Source of the DNA: Sphingobacteriales bacterium
GTDB lineage: Bacteria > Bacteroidota > Bacteroidia > Chitinophagales > Chitinophagaceae
Assembly (NCBI GenBank): GCA_004144175.1
Contig: SEFT01000011.1
Location: 55,405-119,404, forward strand
DNA: 64,000 bases
Reading direction: 5' to 3'
Shown here: in pieces, positions 29,168 through 38,093 of the stretch
Numbering within the stretch: the first letter of the stretch is position 1
How the letters are laid out: each line of letters begins with the position of its first letter
Position numbers and translations under genes: made by a program
The notes under the pieces: generated by a model
The model's database searches: none
What the model was told of the DNA's origin: nothing
The model's input: the letters and a program-made list of their open reading frames with translations, nothing else

Positions 29168-30190
29168 CTACGGATTACCGGCACCGCCTGATGCACCATA
29201 TATTTGCCCGGTAGAGAAGCTTGCATCATTGGCAGCCAGTTGCACATAGATAGACGCCAACTCAGCGGGCTGCCCCGGTCTGCCCAGCGGTGTATCTCCG
29301 CCAAACTTCTGAAGCTTTTCTTGTGTAGCGCCGCCGCTTACCTGTAATGGGGTCCATATAGGGCCGGGCGCTACTCCATTTACGCGGATACCTTTTGGCC
29401 CCAGGCCTTTAGCCAACGACTTTACATAGTTGGCATTGGCAGCCTTGGTTTGTGCATAGTCGAACAGTTCGTACGACGGATCGTAGGCTTGCTCAGATGC
29501 TGTTATAATAACCGACGAACCGGGCTTCAGATGAGGCATGGCGGCCTTAGTTATCCAAAATGGCGCATAGACGTTTGTCTTCATGGTCCAGTCAAATTGC
29601 TCGGTGGTTATCTCGTCGAAAGAAGCGTGTGTTTGCTGGCGTGCAGCATTATTTACCAATATATCGAGTCCACCCAAAGCGGCTGCAGCATCGGCCACCA
29701 GCTTTTTGCAGAAAGCCTCATCGCGCAGGTCTCCGGGTATGGCTACTGCCTTACGGCCTGCGGCTTTTATCAGCGCTACCACTTCCTGTGCATCCGGTTC
29801 TTCGGTTGGGTAATAGTTGATGGCCACATCTGCGCCTTCGCGTGCATAGGCAATGGCCGCCGCCCTGCCCATACCCGAATCGCCGCCTGTAATCAATGCC
29901 TTGCGGCCGCGCAGCCTTCCCGATCCTTTATAGCTGGTTTCGCCATGGTCGGGGCGCGGATTCATCTTGCTGGCAAGGCCCGGCCATGGTTGCGACTGGG
30001 CTTGAAATGGCGGGCGCGGATATTTGGTAGTGGGGTCGGTAAGGTCAGGAGCGCCTATGTCAGTTTTCGTCTTATCCTGCGCTACGGAGATGATGGGTTG
30101 CACCGCAGCCAAGGCCAGCGAAGCGCCAATACCGGCCAGCACCTTGCGGCGGCTGACCCTGTTGTTTTCACTCAAGGTTTCGTCGATCAT
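29168..30190 (-). CDS. YghA-like SDR oxidoreductase with twin-arginine leader
   Basis: ALITGGDSGMGRA, LVNNAA, YAQTK, NGVAPGPIWTPL; N-terminal VSRRKVLAGIGASLALAA. Confidence 0.9.
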   Translation of the reverse strand: MIDETLSENNRVSRRKVLAGIGASLALAAVQPIISVAQDKTKTDIGAPDLTDPTTKYPRPPFQAQSQPWPGLASKMNPRPDHGETSYKGSGRLRGRKALITGGDSGMGRAAAIAYAREGADVAINYYPTEEPDAQEVVALIKAAGRKAVAIPGDLRDEAFCKKLVADAAAALGGLDILVNNAARQQTHASFDEITTEQFDWTMKTNVYAPFWITKAAMPHLKPGSSVIITASEQAYDPSYELFDYAQTKAANANYVKSLAKGLGPKGIRVNGVAPGPIWTPLQVSGGATQEKLQKFGGDTPLGRPGQPAELASIYVQLAANDASFSTGQIYGASGGAGNP

Positions 30191-30350
30191 ATGTTTGTTT
30201 GGTTGGGAGATATGAAGTATGATGACAAAAAAGGCAAAGAAACCATGCCAGTTGCAGCAGCCCTTGGCCTTGCTCACGAACCTAGCGATACAACAAGGAT
30301 TTATTATCTATCTTTCTGCGCCGAAAATTACCCGGCATCCAATAACAAGT

Positions 30351-30614
30351 ATGAGCGCTGAGAATAAAGCCTTCTGGAAACAATACGACTTGCTGATCGC
30401 GTCACTGGAATCAAATGGGTTTACTGATATTCAACAAGAAGTAGCCGCGGCGAAGCTATTGGTAAATGGCTACCCCAATGGCTGGCAACAACTATTGGAT
30501 GAACTGAAGCGCATAGAACTTACTCATCGCGACCGTTTTATTCAGGAGCAAAGAATTATCTTTTTCTACCTCATTTCTCAACTGAAGAACAGCCTCGAGC
30601 CGGGTAGGTATTGA
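30351..30614 (+). CDS. Small hypothetical protein
   Basis: 87-aa helical ORF from MSAENK; the upstream extension in the track looks non-coding. Confidence 0.55.
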   Translation: MSAENKAFWKQYDLLIASLESNGFTDIQQEVAAAKLLVNGYPNGWQQLLDELKRIELTHRDRFIQEQRIIFFYLISQLKNSLEPGRY

Positions 30615-30660
30615 GTATTGAGAAGGCACAAAGCGAAATATGGTAACTAAGTCAGCTTCA

Positions 30661-31140
30661 CTACAAAAAACGAAAGCGGTTGATCTGCACAACAGGATTT
30701 GCAATCTTTACCATTTCTTGAAACCTGCTGAATACCTGTCGGTCAAGCGGTTGGAAGCTCACACTTTTTGAGTTATTCATTTCGTCCAGATACACCAGCT
30801 CCCACAGACGGATATATCCTAGCCTAATAGATGAGAGCCTGATAATATGTATAGAGCTTAAGGCAACCTTCTCTTCTCCATTTTTACTTTTTACGTACAG
30901 AAAGCCCGCATCGAATTCAAGAACCTTACTACGATCGAACACGATATAGAAGACAATATGCAGACAACAGAAAAATAGTACTATCAAATGATCAGTCATA
31001 CTCTCGACATTATCGCGGCCAGAAAAACCATCTTGTGCCAATGAGTATAAAAAAAATACCGCCAGTGCCAGTACGATAAACCTCATCCATCGCATGTTGG
31101 CTGACAGTCGCTGCCTTGCTGAAAATATTGTATCGGTCAT
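30661..31140 (-). CDS. Hypothetical protein, two TM helices plus PH-like beta domain
   Basis: Two hydrophobic helices then VLEFDAGFLYVK..GEEKVALSSI. Confidence 0.65.
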   Translation of the reverse strand: MTDTIFSARQRLSANMRWMRFIVLALAVFFLYSLAQDGFSGRDNVESMTDHLIVLFFCCLHIVFYIVFDRSKVLEFDAGFLYVKSKNGEEKVALSSIHIIRLSSIRLGYIRLWELVYLDEMNNSKSVSFQPLDRQVFSRFQEMVKIANPVVQINRFRFL

Positions 31141-31153
31141 CTATTGAATACGC

Positions 31154-31830
31154 TTAGCCCTTCTTGCCCAAGCCCGCACCCAGTGTGTACCTAACACCAA
31201 GCGACACCGGAACAAACTTATCGCGAGCCTCGAAGAAATAATCGCTGCTTGCAGCACGCAGCCAGCGCATACCTACTTCGGCATTAAGCCCTAGCTTGTT
31301 GTTTAGCTGGTATACGTAGCCGGCCTGCAGACCAAGCGATATCGCATTATAAGAGGCAATGGCCATCCTGGAGCCTACGATTGTACTTGGGCCGAATGCA
31401 GGGCCCAGCTGTTTAGACGTCACGAACCTAACATCCGAATTGCCTTTGAATCCTTTCATGTAGCCCAGAGATGCCCCGCCATACAGATAGTTTTTGGTAA
31501 CCCGATTTTGTAGTTGATAATAGCGGCTGGCATTATATAAGGCGATGCAATGATATACACCAGCCCATTAGTATTGGTTTGAGACTCATCGGTATATATG
31601 GCATCAGACGAACCTAACGTGATCTTGCCGACATCGACTGTAAAGCCTAATTGCAAGTGCCTGCCTAAATGTGTCAGTACTCTTGCCGATGCATAGCCAT
31701 TGACGCGGCCTTTGACGGTGCCATAGGCGGAAGGCAAATTATATTGTGTACCGGCATTGAGGCCAAGTTGTAGCTTTTGCGCGGTGGCTGCTATTGGCAG
31801 CGCCAGAAGAATTGTCAGGAAGCGTTTCAT
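31154..31830 (-). pseudogene. Outer-membrane beta-barrel protein split by a frameshift
   Basis: Track ORFs 31456-31830 and 31154-31459 join as ...GLPKNYLYGGASLGYMKGFK... if one base is added in the A5 run (T at 31491-31495); signal peptide and alternating beta strands. Confidence 0.75.
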
Positions 31831-31955
31831 AGGTTGTTATTTAAGTATGTACTAAACTACCAAAAAGACGGTAAAAAGAAAACCTGCGTTGGGTTATAAA
31901 AATATAGAGCTTACATCAAAACATATTACCTTACAGACCCCAGCATAACCAACAT

Positions 31956-32510
31956 ATGAGAAAGCTTATCTACGGCATCAACCTGACCCTGGACGGATGC
32001 TGCGACCATACCAAGGGCAACGGCTCACCCGATGTACACGAGTACTTTAGGGAGCTGATGGAGGGCACCGATCTATTGCTATATGGCCGTAAAACCTATG
32101 AGCTGATGGTACCCTTCTGGCCCGAGGTAGCTAAGACACAGTCGCTGGACGAAACAGGCAATGCCTTTGCAAAAACCTTCGATGCTATCGACCGCGTTGT
32201 GGTGTCGCGGACGCTGAAACAGGTAGATGATGCGCGTACCACCATGCTACAGGGCGACCTGAAAGAAGAGGTACTAAAACTAAAAGAGCAACCCGGCAAA
32301 GCCATATCTACCGGCGGGGTTGAACTACCCGCACAGCTGATAGAACTGGGGCTGGTAGATGAGTTCCATATTGTAATACAGCCGGTGATCGTAGGTGAAG
32401 GGCGGCGATTGTTTACCGAAATGCATATGCCCGAAAAGCTCGGCCTGAAGCTGATGGCAACAAAGACATTGCCCAGCGGGTCTGTGGCGTTGAGGTATGT
32501 TAAGGGATAA
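31956..32510 (+). CDS. Dihydrofolate reductase / RibD C-terminal family protein
   Basis: NLTLDGCCDH, LLYGRKTYELM, LGLVDEFHIVIQPVIVGEG. Confidence 0.9.
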   Translation: MRKLIYGINLTLDGCCDHTKGNGSPDVHEYFRELMEGTDLLLYGRKTYELMVPFWPEVAKTQSLDETGNAFAKTFDAIDRVVVSRTLKQVDDARTTMLQGDLKEEVLKLKEQPGKAISTGGVELPAQLIELGLVDEFHIVIQPVIVGEGRRLFTEMHMPEKLGLKLMATKTLPSGSVALRYVKG

Positions 32511-32517
32511 TCAGTGG

Positions 32518-32994
32518 CTAACTTCCTTCGGGTATATACGGCTTGCCCGGTACGCCCCAGCCCCATTTCGGCATCGGTTCGTTCTCGCTTAGATTAACGT
32601 CGTCGAGGTTGGAGTTGAGTACGGCTATTCTTGTACCCCACTCGATATAGGCTACAAATGCAGAGCGAAACTCAGGATCGTCGGGCAGGTCTATCTCATC
32701 GGCTGACTGTGTGAGCAGCTGCACCCAGCGTGCGCGGTGCGCTTCGGTCAGGTGCTTGCCGAGGTGCTTCAATATCATTTTGTAGTGGCTACCATCTTGC
32801 TCCGAATACAGGGTGGGTCCGCCAAATACCTCGGCTACAAAATGGCTTACGTGCCTCTGGTGTTCAGGCGACATATGCTTAAATACAGGCTCCAGCAAGT
32901 CATCTGCCAGTACCTTTTTATAAAAATTATCCATCAACTTGTCGAACACCGGCATGCCGCCGGCCCATTCGTATAGCGTAGGTATTGTTTCCAT
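32518..32994 (-). CDS. Group II truncated haemoglobin
   Basis: TLYEWAGG, FY..V..D..L.PVF, EVFGGP..Y, proximal KH, RWVQL. Confidence 0.9.
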   Translation of the reverse strand: METIPTLYEWAGGMPVFDKLMDNFYKKVLADDLLEPVFKHMSPEHQRHVSHFVAEVFGGPTLYSEQDGSHYKMILKHLGKHLTEAHRARWVQLLTQSADEIDLPDDPEFRSAFVAYIEWGTRIAVLNSNLDDVNLSENEPMPKWGWGVPGKPYIPEGS

Positions 32995-33150
32995 AGATTG
33001 TTGTGGCTAAGGTAAGCGTTGACCATGACTTATGGTATTAATTATGCTGATGTCGGTGTTTGCAAAAGGGCTTATGCTCGTAAAATTTTTTTTGCTGCTA
33101 CAGTGTGTGGATGCTGATTGTATGATGTGCATATGGTAGTGGTCGACGGT

Positions 33151-33210
33151 GCTGTAAAGCTGCTGTAATGCTGCTGTTGTGCTGCTGTTGTGCTGCTGCC
33201 AGGCTGCTCT
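33151..33210. repeat. Degenerate ~11-nt tandem repeat (GTGCTGCTGTT-like)
   Basis: gctgtaaa gctgctgtaa tgctgctgtt gtgctgctgtt gtgctgctgcc aggctgctct. Confidence 0.5.
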
Positions 33211-33716
33211 CGCGTAGCCGTTGTGCTGGCGTGACGCAGCTGCAAGGCTGTTGCGATGCTGGCGCAAGGCTGCTGAAAGAGGGTGTGTAAATCGCCTTGA
33301 TCACGAAAGAAAGTTTAGTTTGCAGGTGCTGTAGGGTCATGACTGCAATATAAATACTTGTGGGATGGAATGCCGTTTTGCACACCCTGATAGTTTGTGG
33401 ATTTTTTGGGAACTGCAAGATGCTATAAATAGATAAAGGACTGCTGTTATGCAGTCCTTTACTTTCGATCATGAAAATCCAATTACCACTTTCTCTCTAT
33501 CTCACTTTCACAAAACGCTTATTCACAAATCCTATCTCCCAAACCAATCACCTCTCTTTCACTTCTCACAATCGCTCACACCAGGTATGTAAAAACTACC
33601 GTGCCAAGGCTGGAACCAACTATGGCAGCGGCTGCTAGGCTTTTGTATGTGAAGCGTATATTTTTAGCTCCATCGATTAAATAAGTTGAGCATCTTGCCA
33701 ATAAATGCATCATGGC

Positions 33717-35504
33717 CTAGGATGCTATTGAATACGTTTTTTCTACAATCTTATGTATAATACAATCTAGCTCAAGAGCATTAGTTTGAAGCGTATCGAG
33801 ATATGGCGTCGTTTCATGGCTGTTAAGCGATGTATTGATAAGTATATCTACAATACCCATGATATTGGCTAATGGCCTTCTTACTTCGTGAGATTGTATA
33901 AATGCAATCTCCCTCAATACACGGTTCTGCTCTGTAAGATGAGCCATAGCTTTCTTCAGCTTTCTTTGGTTTTTCTTTCGCTCTGTAACATCCCGCGAGT
34001 TGACTATGATTCCTTGTACCACCTCGTCATTCAGCATATTGGTACATATGGTTTCAACCCAGTGCCATCTATTGTCTCTGTCCTTAAATCTGAATTCGTG
34101 TAGCTTCAGCTCCTTGCTGGTAGCTACGTTGGCCAGTTCTGATTTTGCTCTTTCGATATCCTCCTTATGAATAAAATCCAGCGCGTTTTGTCCTAGTAGT
34201 TCTTCGCTGGTATAACCAAATATCTGCGACACGTTGTTGCTGATAAACTTGTAGGCACCTCTTTCGTCAATAATGCCTACCATATCTGCGCCCTTGTTAA
34301 TTAGCGCCATAAACCGGCGTTCGGCTAGTTCTCTCTTCAACTCGGCCTCGTGTAAAGCGGTAGCATCTCTGCCAACGCAAAACATAGTACGCTTCTCAAC
34401 ATCCCACCTTGCCGACCATAAAATATGAACCAACCGGCCGTCTTTTGCCACGAGTCTGTTTTTGAAAGCTGTTATGTTGTTTCCGTCCGTGATGCCGGCT
34501 GTAACGTCTTCTGTTTTCAGCAAATCGGCTGGCGATACAAAATTGGAAAAATGCCTGCCTTCCATATCTTCCGGCTCAAGCCCCAGTATTGAAATCACCG
34601 AGTCGCTTACTGAGGTATAGTAACCGTTGGCATCTACAGTTGCAATGATATCGGGCGACGAATGAATAATGGCTTGCAACTTGTCCGTACTTTCCTGAAG
34701 CAACCTTTCCTTTTCCTCCAGTATTCTGTTCTTTTCCTCTATCTCTTTCATCTGCATCTTAACTGCAGTTATATCGTGTGAGTGCCCGGCTACGCCTACT
34801 ATTTGCATATCGGCACCGTCCTTTATCGGGTTCAGGGTAAGCTCGATGTAATGCGCCTGCCCAGACGCTGGAAACTCAATGAAGTCTTCCTGCACTACGG
34901 TTTCTCCGTTCAAAGCTCTGCCGTAGAGTTCCCGCCATTTTTGCGATTCGGCCTCATCCCCCAGATCAAGCACGCAGTCGCCAATATCAATCGATAAGCC
35001 TGTGTATAAACGTATATTTTGCCGGAAAGTACTGTTTGCGGCAAGCAGACAGCCGTTGCGGTCGATGGACCAAATTGCATCGGACGAGGCATTAATGATC
35101 GCTTCCTGTTGGTTCTTCTGATAGCTGACTGTTTCACTTAGCTTTTTTCTAGCTGTCATATCTTCCAGGAAAATAGACAGGCCATTTTCTGAGGGATATG
35201 TCTTAACTCGTACCCAAAGATCATTCGGCTCGTAGTACTGTTCCAGCTCTGTAGCAACATTTTGCTGCTTCGAACGCAGATATTCGCAGTGAAAAATAGT
35301 ATTTACTGCTTCGGGGAATACTTGCCATAGGTTATGGCCAAGTACTTCCGCTTTTGGTCGATTCAGAATTTTTTCTGCTGCACTGTTCCAGTAAAGTACT
35401 TTCCAGTCGTTATCTACATAACAGAACCCGTCAGAAATAGATTCCAATATGCTCTCTACCACCGACATACCCGATGGTTGGTTATCCAAATATCCCTTTA
35501 TCAT
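33717..35504 (-). CDS. Multi-PAS protein ending in HisKA, no ATPase domain
   Basis: About four PAS repeats (YWNSAAE, AANSTF, SVSDSV, FISNNV); H-box QSHEVRRPLANIMG; stop about 45 aa later. Confidence 0.9.
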   Translation of the reverse strand: MIKGYLDNQPSGMSVVESILESISDGFCYVDNDWKVLYWNSAAEKILNRPKAEVLGHNLWQVFPEAVNTIFHCEYLRSKQQNVATELEQYYEPNDLWVRVKTYPSENGLSIFLEDMTARKKLSETVSYQKNQQEAIINASSDAIWSIDRNGCLLAANSTFRQNIRLYTGLSIDIGDCVLDLGDEAESQKWRELYGRALNGETVVQEDFIEFPASGQAHYIELTLNPIKDGADMQIVGVAGHSHDITAVKMQMKEIEEKNRILEEKERLLQESTDKLQAIIHSSPDIIATVDANGYYTSVSDSVISILGLEPEDMEGRHFSNFVSPADLLKTEDVTAGITDGNNITAFKNRLVAKDGRLVHILWSARWDVEKRTMFCVGRDATALHEAELKRELAERRFMALINKGADMVGIIDERGAYKFISNNVSQIFGYTSEELLGQNALDFIHKEDIERAKSELANVATSKELKLHEFRFKDRDNRWHWVETICTNMLNDEVVQGIIVNSRDVTERKKNQRKLKKAMAHLTEQNRVLREIAFIQSHEVRRPLANIMGIVDILINTSLNSHETTPYLDTLQTNALELDCIIHKIVEKTYSIAS

Positions 35505-35602
35505 TATATGGCCGTTTATAGTTTGTCTGAAGAAAAAACTAGCTCATGATATAAATCATTGAAAATCTGTTATTTATCACTTGTTTGTTGAATCCCTTAA
35601 TG

Positions 35603-35610
35603 TAAATTTG
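35603..35610 (+). promoter_or_regulatory. -7 promoter element of the receiver gene
   Basis: TAAATTTG. Confidence 0.5.
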
Positions 35611-35669
35611 CAAAATAGTTTGAACATTTTCCATAGTAGAAGGGACTTATTTTTAAAACATCATATAAA

Positions 35670-36053
35670 ATGGAATTTATTGTAATAGACGACGACAGAA
35701 CTGTTCAAATGCTTAGTAAAGCCATCATATTGAGAGTAGCTACCGGTGCCAACGTTGTGCCCTTTTTAGACCCTTATGATGGGCTAGAATACATCAATAA
35801 AGAGCTCTCAACAACTACGCGAAAATGCATCGTGCTGCTGGATATCAATATGCCGGGAATGAATGGATGGGAACTACTGCAAAAGATAAACAGCGACGTG
35901 CTAGCAAAGCAACATTATATCTATATATACTCCTCCTCTATCGACCAGAAAGATAAGCAACGGGCAGACGAACATGCAGGAGTAGCTGGCTTTATAGAAA
36001 AACCCCTAACGCTGGATAAAGTGCAGTTGCTGCTTCAAACTGCGGCTCAATAG
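35670..36053 (+). CDS. Single-domain response regulator (receiver)
   Basis: VIDDD, LLDINMPGMNGWELL, YSSS, IEKPL. Confidence 0.93.
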   Translation: MEFIVIDDDRTVQMLSKAIILRVATGANVVPFLDPYDGLEYINKELSTTTRKCIVLLDINMPGMNGWELLQKINSDVLAKQHYIYIYSSSIDQKDKQRADEHAGVAGFIEKPLTLDKVQLLLQTAAQ

Positions 36054-36217
36054 AGATTTGAACTATCACACCGGCTTTAGTATAAATGCAGGCGGTTGGG
36101 AGACCTATTTGCTCTCCCATGATCTAAGTCTCTCTGCGAACGACTTAAACCAGTTGGAAAGTTATATTGTTGAAAGAATACGGTAGTTGGGGAATGATAT
36201 TACCATCCATCAATCAG

Positions 36218-36247
36218 AAAAGGCAGACCTATGAGGTCTGCCTTTTT
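36218..36247. terminator. Bidirectional intrinsic terminator
   Basis: AAAAGGCAGACCT-atg-AGGTCTGCCTTTT. Confidence 0.9.
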
Positions 36248-36264
36248 ATTCAAGCAACAATATC

Positions 36265-37128
36265 TTAGTTCAACAGATCACCCAAGCCAAATGCACCCAA
36301 CATTGTTTGATGCTGTATTTGTACTGCATCATTTGAGGCTTTTACTAAATGCCCTGTAGCCGGATCGACCACCGTACGCAATGGCCTTTGTCCCTTTGGT
36401 GTGTTTATCAAATCTACAATAGCATCTGCCACATCCTGTGGGTTTGGCTTTACGGTTTCAAACAACTGTGCGAGACCTGCCCCCATTTGGCCAGGTATTT
36501 GAAGTAATGAACCATAGCCGTCATTCACACCCGGATCAGAACCCGCTTGCACTTTTCCTAAAATATCGGTAGGAAACGCGCCCGGTTCTACTACTGTTAC
36601 GTCTATTCCTAAAGATTTCACCTCATAATGTAGGCCTTCACTCAAGCCCTCCAGGCCAAACTTTGCTGCGCTGTATACAGCCATAAAAGGAAATGAAAGC
36701 CTTCCTGCACCACTGGATACGTTGACGATCAGGCCTTCCCCCTGCTTCCTCATGTGTGGGAGCGCCAATTTCATCAACCTCCAGTAGGCTACTACATGCA
36801 TATCCAGCATATCCTGCACATCCCTGGTAGTAAAGCTTTCGGTTACCCCTACCGCTCCGTAACCGGCGTTGTTTACCAACACATCGATCCTGCCTTCCTT
36901 AGCAATAATTTCGCCAAATACTTTTTGCACATTCGCCTCGTTGGTAAGCGCTACATCTACTACTGTAATGTTGTCAACTGCAGATAGTTCTTTTGCTTTG
37001 TCGCTATTCTTACCGTTTGTGTCTCTCATGGTGGCATATACCTTATGCCCCAGCGCGGCCACGCTTTTTGCGGTTAACCATCCAAAGCCACTGTTTGTCC
37101 CTGTAATCAATACAATCTTTTGAGTCAT
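36265..37128 (-). CDS. Classical SDR oxidoreductase
   Basis: LITGTNSGFG, VNNAG, YSAAK, VEPGAFPT. Confidence 0.93.
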   Translation of the reverse strand: MTQKIVLITGTNSGFGWLTAKSVAALGHKVYATMRDTNGKNSDKAKELSAVDNITVVDVALTNEANVQKVFGEIIAKEGRIDVLVNNAGYGAVGVTESFTTRDVQDMLDMHVVAYWRLMKLALPHMRKQGEGLIVNVSSGAGRLSFPFMAVYSAAKFGLEGLSEGLHYEVKSLGIDVTVVEPGAFPTDILGKVQAGSDPGVNDGYGSLLQIPGQMGAGLAQLFETVKPNPQDVADAIVDLINTPKGQRPLRTVVDPATGHLVKASNDAVQIQHQTMLGAFGLGDLLN

Positions 37129-37161
37129 TTCTGTTGTGTTTAAATTTCTAAACCAAAGTTG

Positions 37162-37180
37162 GTGACATTTTGTAACTTTG
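37162..37180. promoter_or_regulatory. Candidate HxlR operator overlapping a -7 element
   Basis: GTGAC-N5-GTAAC imperfect inverted repeat overlapping TAACTTTG (37173-37180). Confidence 0.4.
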
Positions 37181-37221
37181 AGACATAAGGTAATAGTTTA
37201 TTTTAGTCAACAATCTTTCAA

Positions 37222-37599
37222 ATGAGTAAGTTAGTGACACTAAGGAAACCAGCTGAATGTGCTACCGATAACACGATGTGTACTGCGTCGCTTAAAGCAA
37301 TTCAGGATATAATGGACATATTGGGTGGTAAATGGAAAATAGCAATCGTGACATGCCTCTGTTACAATCCCAGACGATACAGCGAACTATTAAAGCTTGT
37401 AGATGGAATTTCAGGTAAGGTATTGAGCCGTGAATTGAAAGACCTGGAGATGAATAAACTGATCGTGCGGACTGTAAAGGATACACAGCCTATAAGTGTA
37501 GAGTACGCGATAACCGAGTATGGAAATACATTCAAGGAGCTTATTCAGACAATGGCTGAATGGGGCATCAAGCACAGGAAAAAGATAATAGGGAAATAA
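37222..37599 (+). CDS. HxlR-family winged-helix regulator
   Basis: DILGGKWKIAI, ISGKVLSRELKDLE, VEYAITEYG; divergent from the SDR. Confidence 0.93.
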   Translation: MSKLVTLRKPAECATDNTMCTASLKAIQDIMDILGGKWKIAIVTCLCYNPRRYSELLKLVDGISGKVLSRELKDLEMNKLIVRTVKDTQPISVEYAITEYGNTFKELIQTMAEWGIKHRKKIIGK

Positions 37600-38084
37600 G
37601 GGGGGGTATTTCGCGTCGTTGACGCTAGATTGTCGGTAAGACAAGTAAGACATTCTTTACCCTTACTATCTACCTTGTGCTGCGCAGGCACAAGAATGCT
37701 GGGCTTCCGGCTATACTGCATTCTTGCGCCAACGGAGTTTATCTTTAGCTGCTCTCGCAACGTAGCCAGAATAATCGAGGTTCGCGTGTTATTGGCATCC
37801 AGCTTGGTTAATATTGCCTCTAGCTCTGTATTCGTTTTAATATTGCTGTTTAGCAAAGTGTCAAATCCCCTGATCTCTTGTTTTTGCTTCGATATTTCAA
37901 TGGCCTGCCAGCACTGCACGACTGCTATCATAATGCTCAATCCTATCGCAATCAGGGCGAGATCATTTTGTTTCTTTGCAGCTTGTTTCGCTTCTAATTT
38001 TTCTTCAGGCGATGGCTCCAGAGCTTTCTTCAATGCACGCCATTGTAATGGCTCATGCATACTATGTCGGTTAACTGGCTTCAT
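37545..38084 (-). CDS. Hypothetical single-TM protein, paralogue A (C-terminus probably eroded)
   Basis: HEPLQWRALKKALEPSPEEKL leader, TM, coiled coil; the last 55 nt overlap hxlR antisense. Confidence 0.6.
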   Translation of the reverse strand: MKPVNRHSMHEPLQWRALKKALEPSPEEKLEAKQAAKKQNDLALIAIGLSIMIAVVQCWQAIEISKQKQEIRGFDTLLNSNIKTNTELEAILTKLDANNTRTSIILATLREQLKINSVGARMQYSRKPSILVPAQHKVDSKGKECLTCLTDNLASTTRNTPPYFPIIFFLCLMPHSAIV

Positions 38085-38093
38085 ATCGGACGA

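Noticed and set aside
29450-30361. 303-aa plus-strand ORF over the SDR
   Set aside because: Antisense shadow of a well-conserved SDR
33007-33472. Two Gln/Ala/His-rich minus-strand ORFs, and a possible CRISPR-like repeat
   Set aside because: Translations simply reflect the microrepeat; units are ~11 nt, degenerate and have no spacers
36058-36186. Possible 42-aa TTG-start ORF (NYHTGFSINAGGWETYLLSHDLSLSANDLNQLESYIVERIR) after the receiver gene
   Set aside because: Protein-like but short, with a weak start and no recognisable family; cannot be supported without homology or ribosome profiling
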